Source: an uncultured Candidatus Saccharibacteria bacterium
GTDB taxonomy: Bacteria; Patescibacteriota; Minisyncoccia; Phycocordibacterales; CAIRYW01
NCBI GenBank assembly: GCA_964406475.1
Contig: CAYORS010000003.1
Coordinates: 1 to 56,381, forward strand
Reading direction: 5' to 3'
DNA: 56,381 nt
Below are positions 24,646 through 34,398 of the stretch, in pieces; positions within the stretch are counted from its first letter, which is position 1, and each line of letters opens with the position of its first letter. Under the pieces are notes generated by a model. The model was not told the DNA's origin. It saw nothing but the letters and a program-made list of their open reading frames with translations, and searched no databases. Made by a program: the position numbers and the translations under genes.

Positions 24646-25947
24646 ATGGATATAAATAACATTAAAAAAATCTATTTCCTCGGTATTGGGGGTATTGGTA
24701 TGTCAGCACTTGCCAAGCTATTTAAGCATGAGGGTAAGACTGTCTCTGGTAGTGATACTGGCTTTGCCGATAGAGAAGGTCTTATTAAGGCAGGTATAGC
24801 TACTTATGAAGGGTATGATGCTCTGCATATTACATCTGATATTAATGTTGTTGTCTACACTCTTGCGACTACAGAAGACAATATCGAACTCCTAAAAGCA
24901 AAAGAACTCGGTATCAAACTTCTGTCTTATGCAGAAATGTTGGGGCAGGTATCAAAAGACAGACATACTATTGCAGTATGTGGTACACACGGTAAGACCA
25001 CAACAACCGCAATGATTGCTCATATGATGATCAAAGAAAAACTTTCTCCTTCTGTGGTTGTAGGTTCGCTTATGAGTTATGACAATAACGGCAAGATAGA
25101 GAAGACCAACTTTATTCCAGGGGAGAGTGATTTTCTGGTGGCGGAATCTTGCGAATACAAAAAATCTTTTCTCAATATCAATCCGCAGATTATTTGTATT
25201 ACCAATGTTGATGAAGACCATCTCGATTTCTATGGCAATCTGGACAATATAATCAGTGCATTTAAAGAATTCGTCGCTAAACTTCCGCTAGATGGTGTGG
25301 TGATTGCAGATCTTGAAGATCCGAATTCTAAAAAAGTAGTTGAAGGATGTAAAAGACAGGTAATAAATTCGAGAGATTTTTTGAAAGATGATATCAAGCT
25401 TCTTGTTCCTGGTCTTCATAACAGACAGAATGCTTCTGTGGCGCTTGCCCTCGCGTCATATTTTGATATACCTGAAGATTCTGCAAGGGCAGCCCTTGCA
25501 ACTTTTCCTGGGACATGGAGAAGGTTTGAATACAAAGGGATTATGAATACAATCAAAATTTATGATGATTATGGTCATCATCCTCACGAGATACGCGCAA
25601 CTCTAAACGGTGCACGAGAAATGTTCCCATCAACAAAAATTGCCGTTGCATTTGAACCTCATCTGTATTCTCGCACCAAAGAACATTTTGATGATTTTGT
25701 GCAGGTACTTGCTGATTTTGATATTGTGTTTCTTACAGATATTTATGCTGCTCGTGAAAAGTTTGATGGCACTATCTCAAGTGGACATTTGAGTGATGCG
25801 ATTATGACAAAAAATCCCAATGTGTATTATGCGCCGTCGTATAATGATCTAGTGCTTTGTATCAAAGACAAAATGCCAGAAAACAGTGTGCTCATTACAA
25901 TGGGTGCAGGAACGATTACAGAGATTGTGTCAAAACTTCTTGACTAG
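24646..25947 (+). CDS. murC: UDP-N-acetylmuramate--L-alanine ligase
   Basis: 433 aa. IYFLGIGGIGMSALAKLF, P-loop AVCGTHGKTTTT, DDYGHHPHEI. Confidence 0.92.
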   Translation: MDINNIKKIYFLGIGGIGMSALAKLFKHEGKTVSGSDTGFADREGLIKAGIATYEGYDALHITSDINVVVYTLATTEDNIELLKAKELGIKLLSYAEMLGQVSKDRHTIAVCGTHGKTTTTAMIAHMMIKEKLSPSVVVGSLMSYDNNGKIEKTNFIPGESDFLVAESCEYKKSFLNINPQIICITNVDEDHLDFYGNLDNIISAFKEFVAKLPLDGVVIADLEDPNSKKVVEGCKRQVINSRDFLKDDIKLLVPGLHNRQNASVALALASYFDIPEDSARAALATFPGTWRRFEYKGIMNTIKIYDDYGHHPHEIRATLNGAREMFPSTKIAVAFEPHLYSRTKEHFDDFVQVLADFDIVFLTDIYAAREKFDGTISSGHLSDAIMTKNPNVYYAPSYNDLVLCIKDKMPENSVLITMGAGTITEIVSKLLD

Positions 25948-25952
25948 CTTGT

Positions 25953-26957
25953 ATGAAAAAAAACATTTTGATTATGACAGGTATTTATTTGCCCGATATT
26001 GGGGGGCCTGCTTTGTATGCAAAAGAACTCAAAGATGTCTGGTCTGAAAAAGGATACTCTGTTAAAGTAAAATATTTTTCTTCTGTTGAAAAGATATTGC
26101 CAACAGGTTTGAGGCATCTGTATTTTGTATTTAAATCAATCTTTGTTTGGATGCAAGCTGATGTGATTGTGGTGCTCGATACGTTTAGTGTGGGGATTGG
26201 AGCTTTTTTACTTTCATATGTGTTTAAGAAAAAATATATTATTCGTACCGGGGGAGATTTTTTGTGGGAGATGTATGTTGAGCGCACAGGAAAGAAGGTA
26301 CTTCTCAAGAATTTTTATAATACAGAAAAAAACAATTTTAATAGAAAAGAAAAAATAATTTTTTATCTTACTTCCAAGGTGATTGCTCGTGCATCTTTTG
26401 TTGTTTTTTCGACAGAGTGGCAAAAAAATATATGGCTTACTCCTTATAACTTATGTCTTTCGAAGGTACATATTGTTGAAAATTGTTACACTAAAAGTAC
26501 AACAGACAAACAATATGCTTCCAAAACTTTTCTTGGTTCTACACGATCTTTGGTGTGGAAAAATCTTGATACGTTAATTGATGTTTTTAAAGATGAAGAA
26601 ATTCTGTCACAAGGTCTTGTTCTAGATACGCACAAGTATCCTCAAGATATATTTTTGGAGCATATCAAAAAAAGCTATGCTGTTATTCTAGTGTCTTTGG
26701 GAGACATTAGTCCTAATATGATATTGCAAGCAATCAAAAACAACACACCTTTTATTGTGACAGAAGAAATCGGTATTAAGGATCGTATTAAAGACATTGC
26801 GATTTTTGTTGATCCATTGGACTATTCTGATATTAAAAAGAAGATTCTGTGGCTTAATCATAAAGATAATTACGAAGTGCAAAAACAAAAGATACAGCAG
26901 TTCACATTTACACACTCTTGGGAAGATATTGCAAGAGAGCTTCTTATGTTAGCATAA
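25953..26957 (+). CDS. GT-B fold glycosyltransferase (GT4-like)
   Basis: 334 aa. N-terminal ILIMTGIYLPDIGGPALYAKELKDVWSEKGYSV, typical of GT4 N-domains. Confidence 0.7.
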   Translation: MKKNILIMTGIYLPDIGGPALYAKELKDVWSEKGYSVKVKYFSSVEKILPTGLRHLYFVFKSIFVWMQADVIVVLDTFSVGIGAFLLSYVFKKKYIIRTGGDFLWEMYVERTGKKVLLKNFYNTEKNNFNRKEKIIFYLTSKVIARASFVVFSTEWQKNIWLTPYNLCLSKVHIVENCYTKSTTDKQYASKTFLGSTRSLVWKNLDTLIDVFKDEEILSQGLVLDTHKYPQDIFLEHIKKSYAVILVSLGDISPNMILQAIKNNTPFIVTEEIGIKDRIKDIAIFVDPLDYSDIKKKILWLNHKDNYEVQKQKIQQFTFTHSWEDIARELLMLA

Positions 26958-26963
26958 ATTTAT

Positions 26964-28028
26964 ATGAAGATTCTTATGATTTCTCGTGATACGAAAGTCC
27001 TCGACAAAAAGTCGCCTGTTTATCTGCGAATGTGTGCATATGCCGAACTCTTTGATTCTCTTTGTGTTGTAGTTATGGGTAAAAAGCCAGGAATAGTTGA
27101 TATTGGTGAGAATGATAATTTGCATATTATTGACGGTACAAGCCGAGTGAAGTTTTTTTCTTTTTTCTTTTGTTTTGTTCTTTCGCATTATCGTATAGAC
27201 AAAAAAAGTGATTGGGTGACCACACAAGATCCTTTTGAGTCTGGTCTGCTTGGTTTGTATATTGCAAAAAAAAATAATATAAAGTTTCAGCCTCAGCTTC
27301 ACACTGATTGTTTTGGGTATTTTTATTCGCGACTTTCTTTCTTTAATTTCATAAGAAAATATATTGCACTGTATGTATTGAGGTTTGCGACACATATTCG
27401 TGTTGTCTCAAAACGCATAAAAGATTCGCTTATCGAAAACAATGTGCCAGAAAATAAAATTTCTGTTCTACCTATTTTTGTTGATATAAAAAAGTTTAAT
27501 TCAAAAGATAAGGAACAAACACAGGATCTTAGTTTTGATGCTCAATACAAAATACTTATTTCTGCACGACTTGAGAAAGAAAAAAATATCGAACTTGCAT
27601 TATCTGCTTTTTCAAAATTTTTAAGATTTTTCCCTGACGCACTACTCCTTATTGCAGGGGATGGTAAAGAGCGTCTGTGGCTTCAGAAATATGCAGAGCA
27701 TTTGAAAATCGAATCAAGAGTAAAGTTTTTGGGCTGGAGAAATGATATTGACGTACTATGTCATCTTGCAGATATGGTGCTTGTGACGTCTTTTTATGAG
27801 GGGTATTGTCTTTCTCTCGTTGAAGCAGTTGTTGCTCATACACCTGTGATTTCTACTCCTGTGGGTATTGCAGAAGAATTGCCAGTACGCATTGTACCTT
27901 ATGATCCTGGGCGTGTGGCTTTTGCGATGAAAGAGATTATTTTGAACAGACAATCATACATACAACCTGTGTTTGTTTTTGACACTGAAGAAGACTATTT
28001 GCAAAAATTTAAAAAAATTTTTTATTAA
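26964..28028 (+). CDS. GT4-family glycosyltransferase
   Basis: 354 aa. FYEGYCLSLVEAVVAHTPVISTPVGIAEEL motif. Confidence 0.85.
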   Translation: MKILMISRDTKVLDKKSPVYLRMCAYAELFDSLCVVVMGKKPGIVDIGENDNLHIIDGTSRVKFFSFFFCFVLSHYRIDKKSDWVTTQDPFESGLLGLYIAKKNNIKFQPQLHTDCFGYFYSRLSFFNFIRKYIALYVLRFATHIRVVSKRIKDSLIENNVPENKISVLPIFVDIKKFNSKDKEQTQDLSFDAQYKILISARLEKEKNIELALSAFSKFLRFFPDALLLIAGDGKERLWLQKYAEHLKIESRVKFLGWRNDIDVLCHLADMVLVTSFYEGYCLSLVEAVVAHTPVISTPVGIAEELPVRIVPYDPGRVAFAMKEIILNRQSYIQPVFVFDTEEDYLQKFKKIFY

Positions 28029-28033
28029 AATAT

Positions 28034-28882
28034 ATGGCAACACAAAAGATTGGTTTTATTGGACAAGGTTGGATTGGTAAAAATTATGCCAATGATTTTG
28101 AGGCGCGAGGTTTTTCTGTTGTGAGGTATTCTCTTGAAGAACCTTATATTCATAACAAATCTCAGATTGCAGATTGTGATATTGTGTTTATTGCAGTACC
28201 CACACCAACCAAAGATGGTGTCTTTGATTATTCCATTGTCGAAGAAGCACTTACGCTTCTTGGTCAACATAAAATAGCAGTTATCAAATCAACTCTTTTG
28301 CCGGGCACCACAAAAAAAATACAACATCGTTTTCCTCATTTGACTATTATTGTCAATCCTGAGTTTCTTTCGGTTGCGACAGCATCACACGATGCTTCAT
28401 ATCCCACAAGAAACATTATTGGTATTCCTTGTGGCGATGATGTTCACAACAAAGCAGCTGAAGAAATAATGCGAATTTTGCCTCAAGCTCCGTTTTCTTT
28501 GGTGTGTGATTCAAGCGAAGCCGAACTTATTAAATATGCTCGCAATTGTATAGGATATGCACGTGTGCTTATGGCAAATATCTTTTATGACATATCACAA
28601 AATATTAATGTGAATTATGACAATATCAAAAATGCTATTGCTGCAGATCCTGATAATGGTCCTACATATGTGAATGCTCTTCACAAGTCAGGGCGTGGTG
28701 CCGGAGGGGAGTGTTTTATAAAAGATTTTGCCGCTTTTGCAAAGTTTTATGAAGATAGTGTCTCAGACACAAAAGGGGTGTGTATGCTTAAGGCAATGGA
28801 AGAAAAAAATATCGAATTGTTAAAAAACACAAAAAAAGACCTCACTCTTTTGAAGAGTGTATATGGTAATATTATTTTATAA
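28034..28882 (+). CDS. Short UDP-glucose/NDP-sugar dehydrogenase-like protein
   Basis: 282 aa. NAD-binding KIGFIGQGWIGKNYA, NPEFL motif, catalytic-cysteine motif GGECFIKDF. It appears to lack the C-terminal sugar-nucleotide-binding domain. Confidence 0.65.
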   Translation: MATQKIGFIGQGWIGKNYANDFEARGFSVVRYSLEEPYIHNKSQIADCDIVFIAVPTPTKDGVFDYSIVEEALTLLGQHKIAVIKSTLLPGTTKKIQHRFPHLTIIVNPEFLSVATASHDASYPTRNIIGIPCGDDVHNKAAEEIMRILPQAPFSLVCDSSEAELIKYARNCIGYARVLMANIFYDISQNINVNYDNIKNAIAADPDNGPTYVNALHKSGRGAGGECFIKDFAAFAKFYEDSVSDTKGVCMLKAMEEKNIELLKNTKKDLTLLKSVYGNIIL

Positions 28883-29887
28883 ATGAACATACTGATTATT
28901 ACTCAATCTGTTGACAAAAAAAATCAAGTTCTTGGTTTTTTTCATCGATGGATAGAAGAGTTTGCTCAGCAATTTGATTATGTGACTGTTATTTGTCTTG
29001 AAAAAGGAGAGTATTCTCTCCCAGATAATGTAAATGTTTTTTCACTTGGTAAAGAGTATAAAGCATCAAAGTTACAACTTATTTTTAATTTTTATAAATA
29101 TGTGTGGGGACAACGGGACAGGTATGATGTTGTGTTTGTACATATGAATCCTGTCTATGTTATTTTGGGATCGTTACTGTGGTTCGTGTTAAATAAAAAG
29201 GTGGGTTTATGGTACACACACAAACATATTGATATAAAATTGAGGATTGCTACTCTATTATCTGATTTTATATTTACTGCATCAGAAGAAAGTTTCCGAT
29301 TAAAAACAAAAAAACGTTATGTTTTAGGTCATGGCATTGATACGCGGCTTTTTTGTCCTAGGCCACACAGTATGTCGTATAAAATAGTGACAGTAGGAAG
29401 AATTGCTGAAACAAAAAAACTAATTGAGATTTTTCGGGTATTTAAAAAACTAAAAGAACTCAACAGTGCATATACTCTTACGATTATTGGAGATGCTATT
29501 TTGCCAAGGGATTTTGAGTACAAAAAGAAACTTATTGATTGTATTGCAAGCGAACGTCACAAAGATTCTGTTATATTGCTTGGAAATAAAAGCCAGTCTG
29601 AATTGGCTACATTACTTCCTTCATATGATATATTCATCAATATGAGTCATACAGGAAGTGTAGATAAGGCTCTCTTGGAGGCGGCAGCTTCCGGGCTGTA
29701 TATTGTAACTTCCAATGAAGCCTTCAAGAGTATTTTTCCTTTTGCATATGTTGAAGAAACCACCAATGCTTTGGTTGAAAAAATATTGCACATTCAAAAT
29801 GTATCAAGCGAACACATAAGAGAGATTATTGTTAAAAGTTTTGACTTGACTACGTTGCTTCAAAAAATCAAAAAAAATTATGAATAA
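28883..29887 (+). CDS. GT-B fold glycosyltransferase
   Basis: 334 aa. The C-terminal half has the GT4-like pattern SVDKALLEAAASGLYIVTSN. Confidence 0.7.
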   Translation: MNILIITQSVDKKNQVLGFFHRWIEEFAQQFDYVTVICLEKGEYSLPDNVNVFSLGKEYKASKLQLIFNFYKYVWGQRDRYDVVFVHMNPVYVILGSLLWFVLNKKVGLWYTHKHIDIKLRIATLLSDFIFTASEESFRLKTKKRYVLGHGIDTRLFCPRPHSMSYKIVTVGRIAETKKLIEIFRVFKKLKELNSAYTLTIIGDAILPRDFEYKKKLIDCIASERHKDSVILLGNKSQSELATLLPSYDIFINMSHTGSVDKALLEAAASGLYIVTSNEAFKSIFPFAYVEETTNALVEKILHIQNVSSEHIREIIVKSFDLTTLLQKIKKNYE

Positions 29888-31109
29888 AAAAATACTTGTT
29901 GTTTGTCCAAGTTTACCTTTTCCCTTAACAGGTGCTGAACAAAGTGATAGAGCGTATGGTATTTTGCAGTTAAAAAGATTAGGGTTTGATGTTTCAATCC
30001 TTGCAAAAGCATACCCTCGACATCAAGAAACTTTGAAGGAAGCAGAGCAGTTTTTTGGAGTTCCTATTGTTACTGTATCGTATAAATATCAAAAGTGTAA
30101 CAATTTTTTTGATTTGTTTAAAAAATACACACGCTTTTTCTTGAACATTCTTTATATTGATGGTGCGGCGTTTGAGTTTAGTGACAATGAGATGAAGCAA
30201 AAATTATCTACTCTTCTCAAAGATTGGAAACCTGACCTTGTGTGGTTCGAGTATACATACCTGTGGCCTCTGTATGATCTTGTAAAGGCGCACAACGTTC
30301 CTATCATAACTCGTTCTGCAAATTTTGAACCTCAGCATTTTTTAGAAGAGGGGGGGCATGGTTTTTTGAGTCAAATTATGTATTTTATAAAGATGAAAGG
30401 TGAAATAAAAACAATCACTAATTCTTCACATATCTTTGCAATCACACCAAAAGAGAAAAAAATTTATGACAAATTAACAAAAACACCAGTGTCGGTGCTA
30501 CCTTTGCGAGGGCTTTACCAGTGTTTTTTGCAAGTACCTCATTCATATAATTATAAGAAAAAGATCAATGTGTTTTTTATGGGTTCAACATACAATGTGT
30601 CTCATAATTACAAAGATCTTTCTTTTATTTTAAAAGAGATAATTCCGCTGTTGCGACAAAGACTTGATGGACGCTTCGTCTTTCATATTTTAGGCAAAAA
30701 AATTCCAAAAGAGTGCGAAGTGTATTTAGGTGATGATGTCTTATATGATGGATATGTTGATGATTTGTACACAACTCTCCAAGATATGGATGTTGCATGT
30801 ATTCCGTCGCTTGGTGGTTGTGGTATGCAACAAAAGATATTTGAGTCATTGTGTTTAGGGATTCCAACTGTAACTTCAGAAAGAGGGGTTGCCCACTATC
30901 CCTTTGTTCATGGGACACATCTTCTTACTGCGCAGTCTGCAGAAGAGTTTGTGTGGTCAATAGAAGTTTTGTGTGATGAAAAAGAAAGATCTCGTATAGG
31001 CACAAGCGCTCGTTTTTTGAGTCGAGAGCTCTTTGAAAGAAAAGTGATTGATGGTATTGTATATAACGTTATTTCTGATGTTATGACTTCTTATGAACAA
31101 AAACACTAA
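29880..31109 (+). CDS. GT-B fold glycosyltransferase
   Basis: 409 aa. GGCGMQQKIFESLCLGIPTVTSERG motif. Overlaps the upstream gene by 8 nt. Confidence 0.7.
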   Translation: MNKKILVVCPSLPFPLTGAEQSDRAYGILQLKRLGFDVSILAKAYPRHQETLKEAEQFFGVPIVTVSYKYQKCNNFFDLFKKYTRFFLNILYIDGAAFEFSDNEMKQKLSTLLKDWKPDLVWFEYTYLWPLYDLVKAHNVPIITRSANFEPQHFLEEGGHGFLSQIMYFIKMKGEIKTITNSSHIFAITPKEKKIYDKLTKTPVSVLPLRGLYQCFLQVPHSYNYKKKINVFFMGSTYNVSHNYKDLSFILKEIIPLLRQRLDGRFVFHILGKKIPKECEVYLGDDVLYDGYVDDLYTTLQDMDVACIPSLGGCGMQQKIFESLCLGIPTVTSERGVAHYPFVHGTHLLTAQSAEEFVWSIEVLCDEKERSRIGTSARFLSRELFERKVIDGIVYNVISDVMTSYEQKH

Positions 31110-32574
31110 AATCCCATGTTCGGTTGGTATTCTTACTCTCAATTCAGCAGGGGGACTACGTAAGTGTCTTGCTTCTCTTAAGGATTTTGAAGAAATTGTT
31201 ATTTGTGATGGCAACAGTACTGATGAAACGAAGAGTATTGCTTTGGAGTTTGGCGCAAAAATAATCCCTCAGTATGATTCATTCCGACCCTCTCTTCCTT
31301 GTGTTAAAGATAAAGCGTCTGTACGCCAAAAGAATATGGAAGCAAGTACACTCGATTGGTATTTTTTTATGGACTCAGATGATACTCTTTCGGAAGAAGT
31401 GGTTCAAGAAATACGTCAGATTACTCAAAACCCTCACATCAAACATTTTGCGTATAAAATGCCTACTCGAATTTTTATTGGAGAAAAAGAAATTTTACAC
31501 GAGGCATCTTACCCTTCGTATCAATTGCGGTTAGTGCACAAAAGCATTAATCCATACTTTAAAGGAGATGTGCATGAGAGAATTGTTTTTGATGAAAAAA
31601 AATACAGTACAGGAACATTGTCTCATTATTATAACTTTGTTTGGTCTGAGGAGAGAGTTCGTCATTTTCCGGCATATCTCAAACGTTATGCGTATTGGGA
31701 GACAGAGTTTGTTGATTATAGATGTTTTAGTGACTTTTTTTTGAAAGGTGTTGTGCGTCGAGTAGGGATTATTTGCAAATATCTTTTTTATCGGTTGCCG
31801 TTTATGTATATGAGGTTTGGGTTTAAGGATTCTATGCCTCTTTCTATTGAGCTTTCGATTGTACGGTATCACGGTATTATTTTGCGGAGACTTATTTCTG
31901 TCTACGTTTCTTCTCGAAATTTTTTTGTTTTTGTGAAGGAAACATTAAAAGGTAAAGATATTTACCGAATTATAAATAACATACCTCTTTTTCGAAAGGA
32001 GATTTTTGGTGAAATACTCGATATCGGATGTGGAACTACAAAGCCTAGTTATTATCGGTTTTTTAGGATGCCAAAGTTTCATTTTATTTCCTCGGTAGAC
32101 ATTGATCAAAAAAGAAATCCAACCTTTGTGTGCGATCTCAACAAAGAAAGCATCCCTTCGCAAGATGATGCTTTTGATTTTGTTTTAGCTTTTAATGTCT
32201 TCGAACATCTCTCGGATCGTCAACATGCTTTGGGAGAGGTTTTTCGTGTTCTCAAAAAAGGAGGGAGGCTAATAGGGTGTGTTCCGTTTTTGGTTAATGT
32301 TCATCCAGATCCTTTTGATTATGTAAGGTATACATCTGACGAACTTAATGCTTTTTTTGCAAAAGCTGGTTTCAGCTCTATCTCAATAACCGCGATTGGT
32401 GTCGGTCCTTTTACGGTTGCGTATTCAATGGTGGAATGGATCTTGCCTCGTGTTGTCAAAATATTTTTGTATCCGGTGGTGTATATGACAGATGTCTTAC
32501 TTCAAAAAATATGGAAAAAAGACAATCTGCGAGAAAAATATCCTCTTGCTTATTTGTTTGATGTAAAAAAATAA
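31093..32574 (+). CDS. GT2 glycosyltransferase fused to a class I SAM methyltransferase
   Basis: 493 aa. N-terminal GT2 (VGILTLNSAGGLRKCL..., ICDGNSTDET, MDSDD). C-terminal methyltransferase (ILDIGCGTTKPS, FDFVLAFNVFEHL, LKKGGRLIG). Confidence 0.8.
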   Translation: MNKNTKIPCSVGILTLNSAGGLRKCLASLKDFEEIVICDGNSTDETKSIALEFGAKIIPQYDSFRPSLPCVKDKASVRQKNMEASTLDWYFFMDSDDTLSEEVVQEIRQITQNPHIKHFAYKMPTRIFIGEKEILHEASYPSYQLRLVHKSINPYFKGDVHERIVFDEKKYSTGTLSHYYNFVWSEERVRHFPAYLKRYAYWETEFVDYRCFSDFFLKGVVRRVGIICKYLFYRLPFMYMRFGFKDSMPLSIELSIVRYHGIILRRLISVYVSSRNFFVFVKETLKGKDIYRIINNIPLFRKEIFGEILDIGCGTTKPSYYRFFRMPKFHFISSVDIDQKRNPTFVCDLNKESIPSQDDAFDFVLAFNVFEHLSDRQHALGEVFRVLKKGGRLIGCVPFLVNVHPDPFDYVRYTSDELNAFFAKAGFSSISITAIGVGPFTVAYSMVEWILPRVVKIFLYPVVYMTDVLLQKIWKKDNLREKYPLAYLFDVKK

Positions 32575-32577
32575 TTT

Positions 32578-34398
32578 ATGTGTGGTATTAATGGATTTAA
32601 TTTTGAAAACAAAGACCTGATTCATAAAATGAATGAGTCTTTACAATATCGTGGACCTGATGGGGAGGGAGTTTTTGTGGGACACGGAGTATCTTTGGGG
32701 CATCGACGATTAAGTATTATTGATACACATACACGGTCTTCTCAGCCTATGTGGAACAAAGATCACACTCACCTTATTGTCTTTAATGGTGAAATTTATA
32801 ATTTTAAAGAATTAAAGCAGCAGTATTTTTCTTCTTATGATTTTGAAACAGAAAGCGATACTGAAGTAATCTTGGCTGCGTTTGATAAATGGGGTGTTGA
32901 TTGTCTTTCTTATCTTTCTGGTATGTTTGCTTTTGCTATTTATGATTGTGTGAAAAAGACATTCTTTGTTGCGAGAGACAAACAAGGTATCAAACCTCTG
33001 TATTATTCTTTTAAAGACGGTGTTTTTATTTTTTCTTCAGAGATAAAATCAATTCTTGAACATTCAGTATCTCGTGTGTTAAATAAAGATGCGTTTTATT
33101 ATTATTTTTCACTTCTGTATGTTCCAGAGCCTCTGACTATGATAGAAGGTATTTTCAAACTACCTCAAGCATCTTATCTTTTGTGTTCGAAAGACGGAAT
33201 AGAGATTACATCATATTGGAAAAGAGATTTTGATACTACACGATATGAACCTCTCGAAAGAATATATGAAACTTTTACAGCAGGAGTCAAATCCGAACTG
33301 ATTTCTGATAGGCCTCTTGGCATTTACCTTTCTGGGGGATTGGATTCGAGTGCAATTCTTCATTCAGTCGCAAGGGAAAGGAAAAACATTGATACGTTCT
33401 CTATTGGTTTTACCTTGAGTGAAGATGAAGAAAACAAAAAGTTCAATAATGATCTTCTTCTAGCTTCACAAACTGCTCAAAAATACAAAACCAACCATCA
33501 TGAGTTTTTTGTAACACCTAAAGAAGTCCTTACTTATTTTGATGAAATGATATATGCAATGGATGAACCTATTTCAAACCCAACAGCGCTTTCTCTTTTT
33601 ATACTTTCTCAAAAAACCAAAAAGTATGTTGATGTTGTGTTGAGTGGTGACGGTGGAGATGAGTTGTTTGGTGGATATGAAAGATATCGTCTGTTGAAAT
33701 GGTTGGATATGTTTTATAGGAATACCCCCTTCTTTTTCAAAAAAATACTATTTTTCGTTTTCAAAAAAGAATGGTTGCTGTACTCGTCAGAAGCAGCTTT
33801 TATTCGTTTGTTTGTCTCGCAAAAAGAAAATACCTTAAAAAAAATCATCAATAAAAAATATCTGAAACAAAAGAATATAGATGATTTTTTTGAAAAGAAA
33901 GTTGCTGCGTTGCCTAAAGATTTGTCTCTCGTAAAAAAGGCTATGGAAATCGATCGTACAACATGGTTGGTAGATTTTGATCTGATGCTTGCTGACAAGA
34001 TGTCTATGAGACATGGGCTTGAGGTTCGGGTTCCTTTTCTTCATGATTCTCTTATTAATACAACATGTGTGCTTTCTGTGAAAGATGTAGTTGGTTTTTG
34101 GCAAACAAAGCCAGGATTCAGATCTCTATTAAGACACAAGATTCCTGATTTTTTGCTTATTCAACCCAAAAGAGGTTTTTTCTCTCCTGGTGCAAAGTGG
34201 CTGAGACAGTCAGATTTCGCTTTAAAAGTTGAACATATGCTATCACCTCATTTCTATCTAGAAACTAGAGATCTGTTTTGTTGGGATCACATATCTGTGA
34301 TGTTTGATAACCATAAAAAAGGAGGGTATGCATTACAAAGTCTATGGGCTATAGCGGTATTTCAATCTTGGGCAAAACAATATAGAATAGAAGTATGA
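32578..34398 (+). CDS. asnB: Asparagine synthase (glutamine-hydrolysing) family amidotransferase
   Basis: 606 aa. N-terminal MCGI nucleophile, GEIYNFKEL, PP-loop YLSGGLDSS. Confidence 0.92.
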   Translation: MCGINGFNFENKDLIHKMNESLQYRGPDGEGVFVGHGVSLGHRRLSIIDTHTRSSQPMWNKDHTHLIVFNGEIYNFKELKQQYFSSYDFETESDTEVILAAFDKWGVDCLSYLSGMFAFAIYDCVKKTFFVARDKQGIKPLYYSFKDGVFIFSSEIKSILEHSVSRVLNKDAFYYYFSLLYVPEPLTMIEGIFKLPQASYLLCSKDGIEITSYWKRDFDTTRYEPLERIYETFTAGVKSELISDRPLGIYLSGGLDSSAILHSVARERKNIDTFSIGFTLSEDEENKKFNNDLLLASQTAQKYKTNHHEFFVTPKEVLTYFDEMIYAMDEPISNPTALSLFILSQKTKKYVDVVLSGDGGDELFGGYERYRLLKWLDMFYRNTPFFFKKILFFVFKKEWLLYSSEAAFIRLFVSQKENTLKKIINKKYLKQKNIDDFFEKKVAALPKDLSLVKKAMEIDRTTWLVDFDLMLADKMSMRHGLEVRVPFLHDSLINTTCVLSVKDVVGFWQTKPGFRSLLRHKIPDFLLIQPKRGFFSPGAKWLRQSDFALKVEHMLSPHFYLETRDLFCWDHISVMFDNHKKGGYALQSLWAIAVFQSWAKQYRIEV

